Origin: a candidate division FCPU426 bacterium
GTDB taxonomy: Bacteria > Oederibacteriota > Muellerivitia > Muellerivitales > Muellerivitaceae
Assembly: GCA_963719085.1 (NCBI GenBank)
Contig: CAVRAL010000004.1
Span: forward strand, 1,088,001 to 1,152,000
Direction of reading: 5' to 3'
Length of the DNA stretch: 64,000 nucleotides
Position numbers and translations under genes: made by a program. The notes beneath the pieces are model-generated. The model did no database searches and was not told the origin of the DNA. It saw only the letters and a list, made by a program, of their open reading frames with translations. The first letter of the stretch is position 1; the number at the start of each line of letters is the position of its first letter. Below, piece after piece: positions 9,466 through 19,362 of the stretch.

Positions 9466-10233
9466 ATGGCCTCGTCCAAGTGGTTCTTGATCCTCGTGGG
9501 GACCCTGGGGATTTCTTTTTTAACCGGTTGCGGGGCGATTTTCATCAACGAAGGTTCCAAAGAATATTCCCGAACCGATAACCTTCAAAACCCCGACGAG
9601 AACAAACCCAAGGTCGTTGTGCCGGCCGAGCAGTGCCGGATCAGCGATTTCCAAGATTCCAGCACCGATGTTAACTCCAAGCTTTTTGGCGCCAGCGGCG
9701 GCACTTGGATCGCTTTTTCTTTCGGCGGCAACACGGTGAACAGCCCCTTTTTGGTGCCGGGCGGGGCGAATGGCGACAAGATGGCGGCGCATATCTATGG
9801 AACCTTAACGGACAAGGGAGACGCCTCTTATCCCTCTTTCACGCTTTCGTGCCAATTCACCCAAAGCGGTTTATATGACGCGTCCAACTTTACCGGGATC
9901 AAGTTCTACTATAAATGCCCGTCGAAGGACCAATCGTTGAAACGCCGGTTGGCCTTGGGGACGTCCCCCACCTTGCCGGCCTCCGCGGGCGGCAATTGCG
10001 CGGCGAATTGTTTTGACCATTTTGGAACCACGCTTCATTCTTCCGAGGATTGGGCGGTTTACAACTTGAAGTTCACCGATTTGACCCGGGAAGGCTGGGG
10101 CGCGCCGGTCACGCCGCCGGATTTGATTGATCATTTGAAAGAATTCATCAATTTATCATGGAACAACAGCGCCAATAACACGGCGGGAAGTTATCCGATT
10201 GACTTCTGGGTGGATGACGTCGAGTTTTTCTAA
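9466..10233 (+). CDS. Lipoprotein with CBM11/CIA30-like domain (paralog 1)
   Basis: Lipobox FLTG-C; YDASNFTGIKFY, GGNC..NCFDHFG, C-terminal DFWVDDVEFF. Confidence 0.75.
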   Translation: MASSKWFLILVGTLGISFLTGCGAIFINEGSKEYSRTDNLQNPDENKPKVVVPAEQCRISDFQDSSTDVNSKLFGASGGTWIAFSFGGNTVNSPFLVPGGANGDKMAAHIYGTLTDKGDASYPSFTLSCQFTQSGLYDASNFTGIKFYYKCPSKDQSLKRRLALGTSPTLPASAGGNCAANCFDHFGTTLHSSEDWAVYNLKFTDLTREGWGAPVTPPDLIDHLKEFINLSWNNSANNTAGSYPIDFWVDDVEFF

Positions 10234-10285
10234 AAAGTTTCGAACCGTTTAAACGACGGGACTAATTGTCAAACGAGAGGTTTTT

Positions 10286-12826
10286 TTGACTTTTCGCTTT
10301 CAAAACCTATTGACGGCCTTTTTCGTCCTTGTTTTTGGGGGGGCGATCGTTTCCGGGGCCTTCGCCGATCCTTTCGCCGATGTCACGGCGGATCAAAGTC
10401 TTTACCAACGGGTAAAAAAGTTGGGGGACGATGGTTTGCTGGATGCTCAAGACCGGGCGGTGTTGGATCAAGGCAAGGTCGTGAGCCGGCTGGAACTGGC
10501 TTTCTATACGGAAAAGGCCAAGGCCCGCATTGAAGCGCCTGAGCTGGCCCAGCCGGCGATCGCCACACCCACGCCGCAAGCCTTGCCGTCTCCCGTGATT
10601 TTGGCGCCCACGGCCGTGCCGACCGCCGCTCCGCCTTCCATTTATCCGTCGGCGGACAAGCAAGAAATTGAGGAACTGCTGAAAGAATTCCGCACCGAAT
10701 CCGTGCTTCTCAAGAGCCGTTTGAGCCTGGATGACACGCGCATCAAGGAACAAGAGGATGAATTGGACAAGCTCAAGACGGTCCAAGACGAAGTGGACGA
10801 GATTTGGAAGAAAGCCAATAAGTCCTCGGGAATCCCCAACCTTTACACCAACATCAATATGCGGGTGGAAAATATCAGCCTGTCGGGCCCGCTGACCCAG
10901 GAAAACGCCACCCGAATCCTTCAAGAAATTTACGTCGGAACCTACTCCGACCTGGGGGGCAAGGGCACCCTTTCGGCCGGCTTGGGAGCGCTGATTCCGG
11001 TGGATGGCGCCAACGCCTCTTACCAGCTTTTGGGCGTGGGAACGCAGCCGGTCTCGCTTTATATCGGGAATCCCAGCGTCACTTTCTTTAACTACGGGGA
11101 CCTGGGCCGGTGGGACACCACCTTCGCCGTGGAAACCTACCAGCCCGACACCAGCTTCGGGGCTTTCAGCCGCGGCTACGCCAATTACGCCATCAAGCGG
11201 TTTGAGGATCCTTTCGACATTAAAAATTTCAATGACGATAAAGACGCCAAAAACTGGGACGATTACATGAATCAGGTCAGCTATATCCCGGCCTATTCCA
11301 TGTCCGCGGGGAACGTGCAATCGGCGAACGACCGCGTGTTTGACGGCATGTACCTGGCGGGGAAGCAGGTTCCGTGGCTGGGTCCGGACGGGCGCATGTG
11401 GGTATTGGTGGGCCGCATGGGGACCAGCCCTTCCCAAACCCAACGCTGGGAAGAGGGCGCCAAAATCATGGAGCCTTGGGCGAATAATTTAGTCACGACC
11501 TCCATTTCCACCGAATGGGTGAACGATAACTTCGGCGTGAACCAAGCGCCCCAGCTGGATATGAAGGATTACGAGTTGGAGTTGAAACTCAACACGCCCG
11601 TGGCCGTTGATGTGGACGCCGGATTCTCCCATTTTTCCACTGGAGTGGACATCCTCAACCCGGCGGTCACGGCCGCCAATCCGGAAGCTTTGGAAGCCGG
11701 CGCGGGGCAGGCTTCGGTGGCTTATTATCCCTTCACGCTTTACGGCTTCGCGATCAGCGATGAATACGCCGACTTCCAAAGTAAGGTCACCATGAGCGGC
11801 CTTAACTTCGCCCGCTACGGCCTTTATTTCAGCCCCTCGGACTACAACGACGCCTATGGTTCCATCGGGGAGGTGGACAATCTTCAAAGCGACCGTTACG
11901 GCTGGCGCCTCAATGTGGGATGGGACGGCCGCAAACAGGATTGGATGAAGGAATGGCCCTCCTTTTTGGATACTTTCGTCGTCAATTTCGACGTGTCGCA
12001 GAAGACCGAATTCACCTCCGAGGTCAACAACGAAGGCGTGACCTCGGGTTACAACGAGATCGAGCCGACCCAAATGTTGAGCTTTTATTATCCCGACGAC
12101 GAAGGGCTTTGGGGCTTGAACCTCTGGGGCAATTATTCCCCCAACGTGAATCCGGTCCGTCAGGACTACATCAATAATATCGAGGACATCCGAAACGACG
12201 GGGACGTGTTGAATGATGATGTGCGCTATCAGTTCCGGATGACCAATGAGAGACTGCCTCTCATCATCCCGATTTATTCAGGCCCCGGAACCATCTTGAC
12301 CGACGGCAATGGCCATAATGTTTACTACAACATCACCAATATCAAAACCTACAACTACATCACCTTGACGACCAAACTGAAGTTCGACAAATGGTTCAAC
12401 CTGCCTCGGCCCCTGGATGGTTCTTTTTACATGACCGACAACGTGGTTTCGGGTTTGGCGTCCCAGGCCAATAACGCGCCGCTTCCTGCCGGCGCGGACC
12501 CCGCCTCGAATACCGAACTTCCCATGTCGGGCGCGATCCCGAACTTGTTTGAGCAGCGGGTCTTCAGCGGCGCCTTGATGGTCAGCCTAATGGACGACGT
12601 GGACTTGATGGCCGATATGGGATTGGAAACCTGGCGCAGCGCCTATACCTACCCCCAGGTGGACTACCAAACCCATGAGTACGGGCTGGGTGTCGCTTAT
12701 GACATCCCTTGGTGCGGGGGGAAAATGGAATTGCGTTATAAGCATATCGATTTCAATGATAAGTACGTCCCGGATAATGATTATTCGGGTGATCAGTTCT
12801 TTACCAAAATTAAGTTCATGTTTTGA
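10286..12826 (+). CDS. Large outer-membrane beta-barrel with N-terminal SLH-like domain and coiled coil (OmpM-like) 1
   Basis: TTG start after GAGAGG; signal peptide AFA; FADV...LYQRVKKL..DGLL...SRLELA; Pro/Thr linker; coiled coil IEELLKEF...; ends KIKFMF. Confidence 0.7.
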   Translation: MTFRFQNLLTAFFVLVFGGAIVSGAFADPFADVTADQSLYQRVKKLGDDGLLDAQDRAVLDQGKVVSRLELAFYTEKAKARIEAPELAQPAIATPTPQALPSPVILAPTAVPTAAPPSIYPSADKQEIEELLKEFRTESVLLKSRLSLDDTRIKEQEDELDKLKTVQDEVDEIWKKANKSSGIPNLYTNINMRVENISLSGPLTQENATRILQEIYVGTYSDLGGKGTLSAGLGALIPVDGANASYQLLGVGTQPVSLYIGNPSVTFFNYGDLGRWDTTFAVETYQPDTSFGAFSRGYANYAIKRFEDPFDIKNFNDDKDAKNWDDYMNQVSYIPAYSMSAGNVQSANDRVFDGMYLAGKQVPWLGPDGRMWVLVGRMGTSPSQTQRWEEGAKIMEPWANNLVTTSISTEWVNDNFGVNQAPQLDMKDYELELKLNTPVAVDVDAGFSHFSTGVDILNPAVTAANPEALEAGAGQASVAYYPFTLYGFAISDEYADFQSKVTMSGLNFARYGLYFSPSDYNDAYGSIGEVDNLQSDRYGWRLNVGWDGRKQDWMKEWPSFLDTFVVNFDVSQKTEFTSEVNNEGVTSGYNEIEPTQMLSFYYPDDEGLWGLNLWGNYSPNVNPVRQDYINNIEDIRNDGDVLNDDVRYQFRMTNERLPLIIPIYSGPGTILTDGNGHNVYYNITNIKTYNYITLTTKLKFDKWFNLPRPLDGSFYMTDNVVSGLASQANNAPLPAGADPASNTELPMSGAIPNLFEQRVFSGALMVSLMDDVDLMADMGLETWRSAYTYPQVDYQTHEYGLGVAYDIPWCGGKMELRYKHIDFNDKYVPDNDYSGDQFFTKIKFMF

Positions 12827-12834
12827 GGATTGGG

Positions 12835-15138
12835 ATGAAATTAACGGCTTCTCAAAATTTTAAAGGCTTTGGAACGGTTCTAAGCTTCGCGCTGGGCGTC
12901 CTCAGCTTCGTCCTCGGCTGCGCCTCGCCGGCGTGGGCGGACCATGGCAAGCTCGCGTCCGCGGACCGGGACGCTTGGATCAATTGGGATGTTTCCGAAC
13001 TGGTCGCGGCGGGCCTCGTTCCCGCCCCGGAAAAACCCGTGGAGCAAATGACGAATTTAGAAGTGGCGGAGCTCACCGCCAGCGCCTCCCGGCTTTATAT
13101 GGCCCAGGCGGACGTGAATATGCTTCCCCCGCCGCTTCCGACGGATTCCCCCGCCGCTTCCGACGGTCCGGGCCTTCCCGGAGCGTTGTCGGCCGAAGGG
13201 CCGGGGGACGCCAATAAAAGCTTGGGTGACTTGGTGCAGGAGTTCCGAGGGGAACTGAGCGCCATGGGCCTGGAAGTCGACCAACTGGAAGACCGGATCA
13301 CGGATGAAAAAACCCGCAATGAGGTATTCGCCACCCTCCAAGAGGATTATTTAAAAAGAACCGGCACCGAGGTCGGAGGGTCTTCCCGCGGCTACATGTA
13401 TAACTACCGGGGGTTCGGGGCCAACAGCCTTTATGGGCCCATGGGCTATAACGCCGCCATGTATTTGGAAGTGGATTTGAAAAGCGTGCCCATTCCCTCC
13501 ATCTTGTTCGACGCGCGCTTAAGGCTTTGGCGTTCCATTGGGATGTATTACCAGGATCCCGTCCAACCGCCTTACCAACTGCGCTGGATTTCTTTGACCA
13601 GTTACAACGACTTCGGTAATTTCACCGCGGGTGATTTTTTTAAGAGCTACACGCCCTTAACCCTTTGGAGCTATGACGTGCCGCTTTATACCATGATCGA
13701 GCCGACCTCTTTCCACCGCGACCGGGTGGACACCGAGGAGTTGGTTTATATGGATCAGAGTCCCGATTGGCATTTCCGGGGTTTTGAGGCGGAGACGGGC
13801 AAGGAATGGCCGAAAGATCCCGTGTTGAGTGGATTTAAATATCAGGTCATGTCGGGTCTCATGCAGGAACCCGGATCAACCAGCGGCGGATCGGTTTTTG
13901 GAAGCTATTACCTGGGCAGCCAAGGGTCACTGGGTCTTTTCAACCACATCCTCGATTTTACCAGCACGGGGTTGGTTTTATTTAATGATCCCGAAAGCGC
14001 CAATGTGCCTTATCAGCCCAATCAACCCTCCACTTTTCCCAAGCAATACGTGATCGGCAGCGTGACCTCCAAGACCACGATTCCTTTGGGGGACAAGGCG
14101 GACTTGAGCGCTTCCATGGAAAACGCCTTCAGCCAATATGACGATGACTTGAACAATCCCCAGCGGGTGTTCAAGGACTGGGCTTTATTGGCCAATGGTT
14201 CGCTCGATGTAGAGGGCGTCCATTTTACGGCGAAGTATATGAACAACGGCCCTTATTTTTATTCGCCCGGCGCCCAGACGAACAAATACACGCCCGCCTC
14301 GGGCTCGCCGGGATATTTAAGCTCCAATTTGGGAAGCGAATTCAGCGGTTTGGACAGCGGCCTTCCGGGTTACTTGAACCAGTTCGTCTTCCAGAACGTG
14401 AACCGGCCCTTCTTCGCGCCTTACGACCGTTTATCCGAAAACTTTTTGCCCTATGGCGATGCCTCCCCGAACCGGGAAGGCCTGGTGCTGGGTTTCTCGG
14501 CTGAGATCGGGGAGAAGGGCTGGCTCAAGCCCCAAGCTTCCTATGTGGTGACCGGGCAAGAAATTCAACCCAACCTGGTTTTGAACGGGGCGGGGACCGC
14601 GGCCATCCCGGTGGACAGCCAAACCAACACCACCACGCCCCGGGTTTTCGGGGGATACGAAGGCGCCCTATCGATGGATCTGGCCAAGGCTTTTGATCTG
14701 AACAATCAAACTTACGATGTCCAAGTGGACTATAAACACCAAACCGATGACTTGGGGCTTGGCGGGGTCAGTCCCTTTACCGTGAACACGCTTATTTTGG
14801 CGGGCGACTTTAATATTCCGGTCCACTTCCTGTCGACGGTGGTTTGGTCGCTGGCCTTTGAGCGCGCCCAAGCCAGCGGCAGTGAGTACGTTTTCGGGGG
14901 GAATCCCGAGACCTGGGCGAGTTATTCGTTCTATTTAGATGATTCGGAGCTCGGCCAGTATATTTATGAGCCCCTGAATCTGACCCGTCAAACCCTGGCT
15001 TTTGGCGCGATGCTGCCCCTGGGGGACAAGATCGATTTCAGGGCGGACCTATTTTTAACCCGTTACAACTGGGCGGATATCCCGACCTATGACCGGCAGG
15101 ATCAAATTTGGAGATTCACTTATGAAGCGCATTTCTAA
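12835..15138 (+). CDS. Large outer-membrane beta-barrel with SLH-like domain and coiled coil (OmpM-like) 2
   Basis: Signal peptide AWA; ELVAAGLV...MTNLEVA; LVQEFRGELSAMGLEVDQLEDRI coiled coil; ends FTYEAHF. Confidence 0.7.
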   Translation: MKLTASQNFKGFGTVLSFALGVLSFVLGCASPAWADHGKLASADRDAWINWDVSELVAAGLVPAPEKPVEQMTNLEVAELTASASRLYMAQADVNMLPPPLPTDSPAASDGPGLPGALSAEGPGDANKSLGDLVQEFRGELSAMGLEVDQLEDRITDEKTRNEVFATLQEDYLKRTGTEVGGSSRGYMYNYRGFGANSLYGPMGYNAAMYLEVDLKSVPIPSILFDARLRLWRSIGMYYQDPVQPPYQLRWISLTSYNDFGNFTAGDFFKSYTPLTLWSYDVPLYTMIEPTSFHRDRVDTEELVYMDQSPDWHFRGFEAETGKEWPKDPVLSGFKYQVMSGLMQEPGSTSGGSVFGSYYLGSQGSLGLFNHILDFTSTGLVLFNDPESANVPYQPNQPSTFPKQYVIGSVTSKTTIPLGDKADLSASMENAFSQYDDDLNNPQRVFKDWALLANGSLDVEGVHFTAKYMNNGPYFYSPGAQTNKYTPASGSPGYLSSNLGSEFSGLDSGLPGYLNQFVFQNVNRPFFAPYDRLSENFLPYGDASPNREGLVLGFSAEIGEKGWLKPQASYVVTGQEIQPNLVLNGAGTAAIPVDSQTNTTTPRVFGGYEGALSMDLAKAFDLNNQTYDVQVDYKHQTDDLGLGGVSPFTVNTLILAGDFNIPVHFLSTVVWSLAFERAQASGSEYVFGGNPETWASYSFYLDDSELGQYIYEPLNLTRQTLAFGAMLPLGDKIDFRADLFLTRYNWADIPTYDRQDQIWRFTYEAHF

Positions 15139-17515
15139 AAATTTATCGCTGCCCCTAACCGCCGCGGCCCTGACCTTAGGTCTGAGTCCGGCCCTTTTTG
15201 CCTCCACGGACCCGGTCCCCCAACAGAACTCGGCTGTCTTGTTCTCGACCGTTCCACTGGGCGATTCGACCTATGGGCGCTTGAGCCAGTTAGAGAAGGC
15301 CGGTCTTTTGCCCGCGGGCGCCGCCCAGCCGCCCCTGACCCGTTATGAAGTGGCCCAAGATATTTTGACGGCTCAAAACCGCTACCACCAAATCGTGGTG
15401 GCCGACGCCGATACGGACATGCTGCCTTCGGTGGAAGATTTAGGAAACGCGGGTGTGACCGCGGCTCCCGGGTCGGACACGGCCCTAACCGCTTCGGTTA
15501 CCGCCCCGGCCGCGCCTTCGGAACCGGTGACGGAGTCCGACGCGGATCTGGCCAAGGCCGCTCAAACCTTAACCAGCCTGCAAGACGCCTATCAATATGA
15601 ATTAAAAGCCGTTCAGGGCCAAAAAGACGCCACTTTGAAATCCTCCTCGGATGTGGAAGCCGGACAATACGATTTGTGGAAAAGATTGAAGGGGATTTCC
15701 GAATATCCCACCGTGGCCTGGCATGGGTTGGGAAGGGCGTTCCAAATTGCCCAGCAATATTACGGCGATACGGGCGCCATCGGGTTGAGCCACAACTCCA
15801 CCCAAACCGAATTGGGTTATATCGATTTTGAGCCTGAAGGCGTGGTCGATAAAGAAATCCGCTGGGATATGATCTTGCGTTATAAAACGCTGATGGAGTC
15901 GAACCAATCCGCTTCCATCGATACGCTCACCGTCCGCCGGGTCACCATGGATTATAACGCGCCTTGGGTTTCGGTCACCTTGGGTGATTTCGACGAGGCT
16001 TACACGCCTTTAACCCTTTGGAACCGGGATAATTTAGACCTGCGCTATAAACCCGAAATGATCGCCCGGGAAGACGATACTTTGAAATACGAAAGCTTTT
16101 TAAATAACGAGCCCAATTGGCCTTTCCGCGGCGCCCGGGCCAGCACGGAACTTTTGTGGCCCAACTCGGATCTGCTGGACCGCTTTAAAATTTCAGTGAT
16201 GGCCGACATGATCGCCAACGGTTTCAACGACACCACGGGACAGGCTTTTTATTACGGACCGGATAATTTCACCGACTTTATTTTCGGCGCCGACAGCGAG
16301 CTCAAGTCCAAGCGCTGGTATTTGGGCGGGAACGCCTCGATCCAATTGGCGATGGACGCCTACGCGGTTGTTTTGGCCGAGCCTTTGGGCACCAACCAAC
16401 CCAATTCCATTTACGTTCAATTCAATCCCGATACTTGGGCCCATCATTATCAGATCATCAGCTTGAAGCCTTCAGTGGACTTCGGGCTGGGGGATGACGC
16501 GTCCTTTGGGGGCGTTTGGGAAGGCGCTTCAGCGGTTTATCAGGACGATGAGCGGGACAATAATAAAATTGTCAGCGATTACGCCATCCTGGCGGGACCT
16601 TACTTACGGTTGGGCCATTCCAAGCTGACCTTCAACTATCTTTATGTGGGACCCTATTACTATTCGCCCCTGGCCCAGACCCGGCAGGATGATCTGGTCC
16701 CGGGTTCCAACGCGCAAGGCGCCGCCACCCCCGAGCTTTTCGACGCTCCCCTGCGCAGCCAGTTTTTCCTGAACGGCATCCCCCGCGCCGGCGGAATCTT
16801 CGGTTATTACGACCGCACCCAGGACAATACCTTCCCCTATGGGTTGGCGACTCCCAACCGGCAGGGCGCCGGGCTTGATTTGGACGTGAAAACACTTGAT
16901 AAAGACGCCCTGCAAATCTTGGGGTCGATCTACTTTGTTCAGGAAATCAGTGATAACCTTGTGGAAGAGAGCCAGGGCGGGGTTTATGTTCCGGTTCCGG
17001 TGGACGGGACCGCGTCGGCCCCGACCCCCCAGCGCAGTTTCACTTACGTGAATGTGGGACCCTCGTTGAACCTGGGGCCCGCTTTGGGCTTGGACCAGGA
17101 TTTAGTCGTGGGAACCAACGCCCGGTTCGAGCAGACCAACAGCTCGGTCGGCACGCTGACCAGCGCCTGGCTTTTAGGCGGAGTGCAGGTGGGGTTGTTC
17201 CCTTGGTGGGAAATGGCGGCTTCCTATAGCGACCAGGAAATAAAGGGCCATGACACCGGCATTGGGAACACCACTTTGGCGAGGTATTCGTATATTTTTG
17301 ATAATTCGGATTTTGGTTCTTACAACGTTTTTACGATCGACGGCAGCAACCAAAGTTTCCGCTTGTCGAGCGTGTTCAAGATCAACCGCAACTCGAGCCT
17401 TTATCTGGATTACGACCTGACCGGCGGGGACGCGGTCCCCTACGTGGGGTCCACGGCGCCGGGAACGAAGCTGAACAACCAGTACCTGGAGATGACTTAT
17501 GAAATCCAATTCTAA
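15122..17515 (+). CDS. Large outer-membrane beta-barrel with SLH-like domain and coiled coil (OmpM-like) 3
   Basis: FSTVP...YGRLSQLEKAGLL...LTRYEVA SLH-like motif; shares GDF..YTPLTLW, GPY.YSP.AQT, YDR..N..PYG.A.PNR.G with barrel 2; ends MTYEIQF. Confidence 0.7.
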   Translation: MKRISKNLSLPLTAAALTLGLSPALFASTDPVPQQNSAVLFSTVPLGDSTYGRLSQLEKAGLLPAGAAQPPLTRYEVAQDILTAQNRYHQIVVADADTDMLPSVEDLGNAGVTAAPGSDTALTASVTAPAAPSEPVTESDADLAKAAQTLTSLQDAYQYELKAVQGQKDATLKSSSDVEAGQYDLWKRLKGISEYPTVAWHGLGRAFQIAQQYYGDTGAIGLSHNSTQTELGYIDFEPEGVVDKEIRWDMILRYKTLMESNQSASIDTLTVRRVTMDYNAPWVSVTLGDFDEAYTPLTLWNRDNLDLRYKPEMIAREDDTLKYESFLNNEPNWPFRGARASTELLWPNSDLLDRFKISVMADMIANGFNDTTGQAFYYGPDNFTDFIFGADSELKSKRWYLGGNASIQLAMDAYAVVLAEPLGTNQPNSIYVQFNPDTWAHHYQIISLKPSVDFGLGDDASFGGVWEGASAVYQDDERDNNKIVSDYAILAGPYLRLGHSKLTFNYLYVGPYYYSPLAQTRQDDLVPGSNAQGAATPELFDAPLRSQFFLNGIPRAGGIFGYYDRTQDNTFPYGLATPNRQGAGLDLDVKTLDKDALQILGSIYFVQEISDNLVEESQGGVYVPVPVDGTASAPTPQRSFTYVNVGPSLNLGPALGLDQDLVVGTNARFEQTNSSVGTLTSAWLLGGVQVGLFPWWEMAASYSDQEIKGHDTGIGNTTLARYSYIFDNSDFGSYNVFTIDGSNQSFRLSSVFKINRNSSLYLDYDLTGGDAVPYVGSTAPGTKLNNQYLEMTYEIQF

Positions 17516-18320
17516 ACAACGGTGGTTCGGCCGCGTGAGCGGCGTCGCGGGCTGCGTCGCGCTCTTGGGCGGGTTGGTTCTTCTGTTGAATTCGGGCTGT
17601 CAATCCAGCGTCCCGGGTTTCGGGAATTATGCCGCCCCCAACTCGGTGCCCAACAGCAACCGGGTGGACCAGTTCGCCACCGGAAGTATCGCCATTAATC
17701 CCAACCTTTTCGAGGACAACAACCCGCCCAGTTACGTCTTGAAAACGCCGGGTTCGGTGACCTTCGTGAATAATTTCCCGACTTACGGATCCGGCAGCGG
17801 CCAATTGGTGCCGGGCGCCGGCGCGGTCAGCCCCTACGCTTACCAAATGTCGGGCGCGGTGACGGATTTGCTCGACAACACTTTTCCGGCCTTGGATTTG
17901 GAAATTCCGATGGAAAATTACACTTATTACGACGCGAATCATTTTAGCGGCGTCAAGTTTTACCTGAAAGTGGCCGATGATGATACGGCGGCCCACCGGG
18001 TGTTCGCCATCCCCGTGGCGCAAACCGTTCCCACGGGAACCAACAACGGCACCTGCCCGGCGGGGCCCAAACGCTGCTACGATCATTTCGCGGCGGACTA
18101 CAGCGGCGGCACCGGGGGCCAATGGCTTCTTTCCAGCTACAATTTCAGCGATCTCCAACAGCTTCAATCCGGCTACGCGCCGGTGGTCCCCACCTTGACC
18201 GGGGATAACGGGGCCAACTTGAAACAGACGCTTTGGCTGCAATGGGAAGAAGGAAACAACAACAAAAAGCCGGGTCTTGCCACGATCGATGTTTATGTGG
18301 ACGATATCGAGTTTTTTTAA
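17499..18320 (+). CDS. Lipoprotein with CBM11/CIA30-like domain (paralog 2)
   Basis: Lipobox-like NSG-C; YDANHFSGVKFY, GTCP..RCYDHF, ends DVYVDDIEFF. Confidence 0.72.
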   Translation: MKSNSKQRWFGRVSGVAGCVALLGGLVLLLNSGCQSSVPGFGNYAAPNSVPNSNRVDQFATGSIAINPNLFEDNNPPSYVLKTPGSVTFVNNFPTYGSGSGQLVPGAGAVSPYAYQMSGAVTDLLDNTFPALDLEIPMENYTYYDANHFSGVKFYLKVADDDTAAHRVFAIPVAQTVPTGTNNGTCPAGPKRCYDHFAADYSGGTGGQWLLSSYNFSDLQQLQSGYAPVVPTLTGDNGANLKQTLWLQWEEGNNNKKPGLATIDVYVDDIEFF

Positions 18321-18378
18321 AACAGTGGTAATTTTAAAGCAAGGTGGCTTGGGCAGAGCCCAAGCGGGGAAAGTGGCT

Positions 18379-19146
18379 ATGAACAACAAATCAGTTTTAA
18401 TTTTGGGCTTGGCGTTATTGGGCTTGCTCCAGGGATGTACGGAGAAGCTTCCCTTATCCAATCCGAATCTTATCTTGGCCCAGCCTTTGCCCGTCACGGT
18501 GGTCTCCGACTTTGGCAACGCCTCCTTGAAGACAAACCCCACGCTTTTTGACAGTGAAAAGGGTTTCTTTTTGGATGGATCCTACGCTTATAAAACGGAC
18601 AGCGGCTTGCAGCTGACGACGCCGCTTGTCAGCGCTTCCTTTCCCGATCCCAGCAACAGCCCCTACGCCTTGCATCTTTTCGGGACCTACATCGACTATG
18701 GCAACGGCGGTTATCCGGCCTTCGAACTGGAATGCTTTCCCCGCGCCGACAGCCAATTTTACGACCTCACCTCTTTCGCCGGCCTGACCGGCATTGAGTT
18801 CGACTGGTGCACCGGACCCACGGACAACTCAAATCAATACTTTTTTTGCCTGATCACCGCCCGCATCGCTCCCCAAAGCATCGGCGGGGATGGAACCTGC
18901 GGCACCCCCGGCGCCGTGCCTTGCTACGATTACCTCGGCAATTCGCTTTTTGGGACGGGCGGGAACTGGTTCCAGCTTCAGCTGCCTTTCAGCAATATGA
19001 ACACCCAATATTCTTCGGGCAGTCCGACCAACGTCACGGCCGCGGATATGACCCATGTTCTTCAATTAATGTGGACCAACCGGTCCAACAATGTTTCGGG
19101 CAATTACACCTGCGATATGTGGTTGGATGACATCCAGTTCTATTGA
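18379..19146 (+). CDS. Lipoprotein with CBM11/CIA30-like domain (paralog 3)
   Basis: ATG 18379; lipobox LLQG-C; GTC..PCYDYLG; ends DMWLDDIQFY. Confidence 0.75.
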   Translation: MNNKSVLILGLALLGLLQGCTEKLPLSNPNLILAQPLPVTVVSDFGNASLKTNPTLFDSEKGFFLDGSYAYKTDSGLQLTTPLVSASFPDPSNSPYALHLFGTYIDYGNGGYPAFELECFPRADSQFYDLTSFAGLTGIEFDWCTGPTDNSNQYFFCLITARIAPQSIGGDGTCGTPGAVPCYDYLGNSLFGTGGNWFQLQLPFSNMNTQYSSGSPTNVTAADMTHVLQLMWTNRSNNVSGNYTCDMWLDDIQFY

Positions 19147-19169
19147 TCGCCGGTTGAACCCATTTTTTT

Positions 19170-19200
19170 AAAAGGCGCGGCTAAAAGCCGGGCCTTTTTT
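19170..19200 (+). terminator. Intrinsic terminator
   Basis: AAAAGGCGCGGCT-AAA-AGCCGGGCCTTTTTT (one mismatch). Confidence 0.75.
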
Positions 19201-19279
19201 ATTTAAACTTGGTTTTAACGGGGAACAAAACCGTATTTTTAGCCCCGGAGGTTGTGGAAGCCCAATTTTTGTCCCCGGG

Positions 19280-19288
19280 TGGTATAAT
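19280..19288 (+). promoter_or_regulatory. Extended -10 promoter element for paralog 4
   Basis: TG-G-TATAAT about 75 nt upstream of ATG 19363. Confidence 0.55.
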
Positions 19289-19362
19289 TCAATAACGCCG
19301 ATCTAAATATAAAATATAAACAACCCAATGGCCGCCCCGCGTTTGAGTATGAGGAGGACCCT

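Noticed and set aside
10286..17515. Barrels as TonB-dependent SusC-like receptors
   Set aside because: No TonB box or plug motifs recognised; the N-termini are SLH-like plus coiled coil instead.
17382..18542. 386-aa minus-strand ORF across the lipoprotein genes
   Set aside because: Antisense to well-supported plus-strand paralogs; no motifs.
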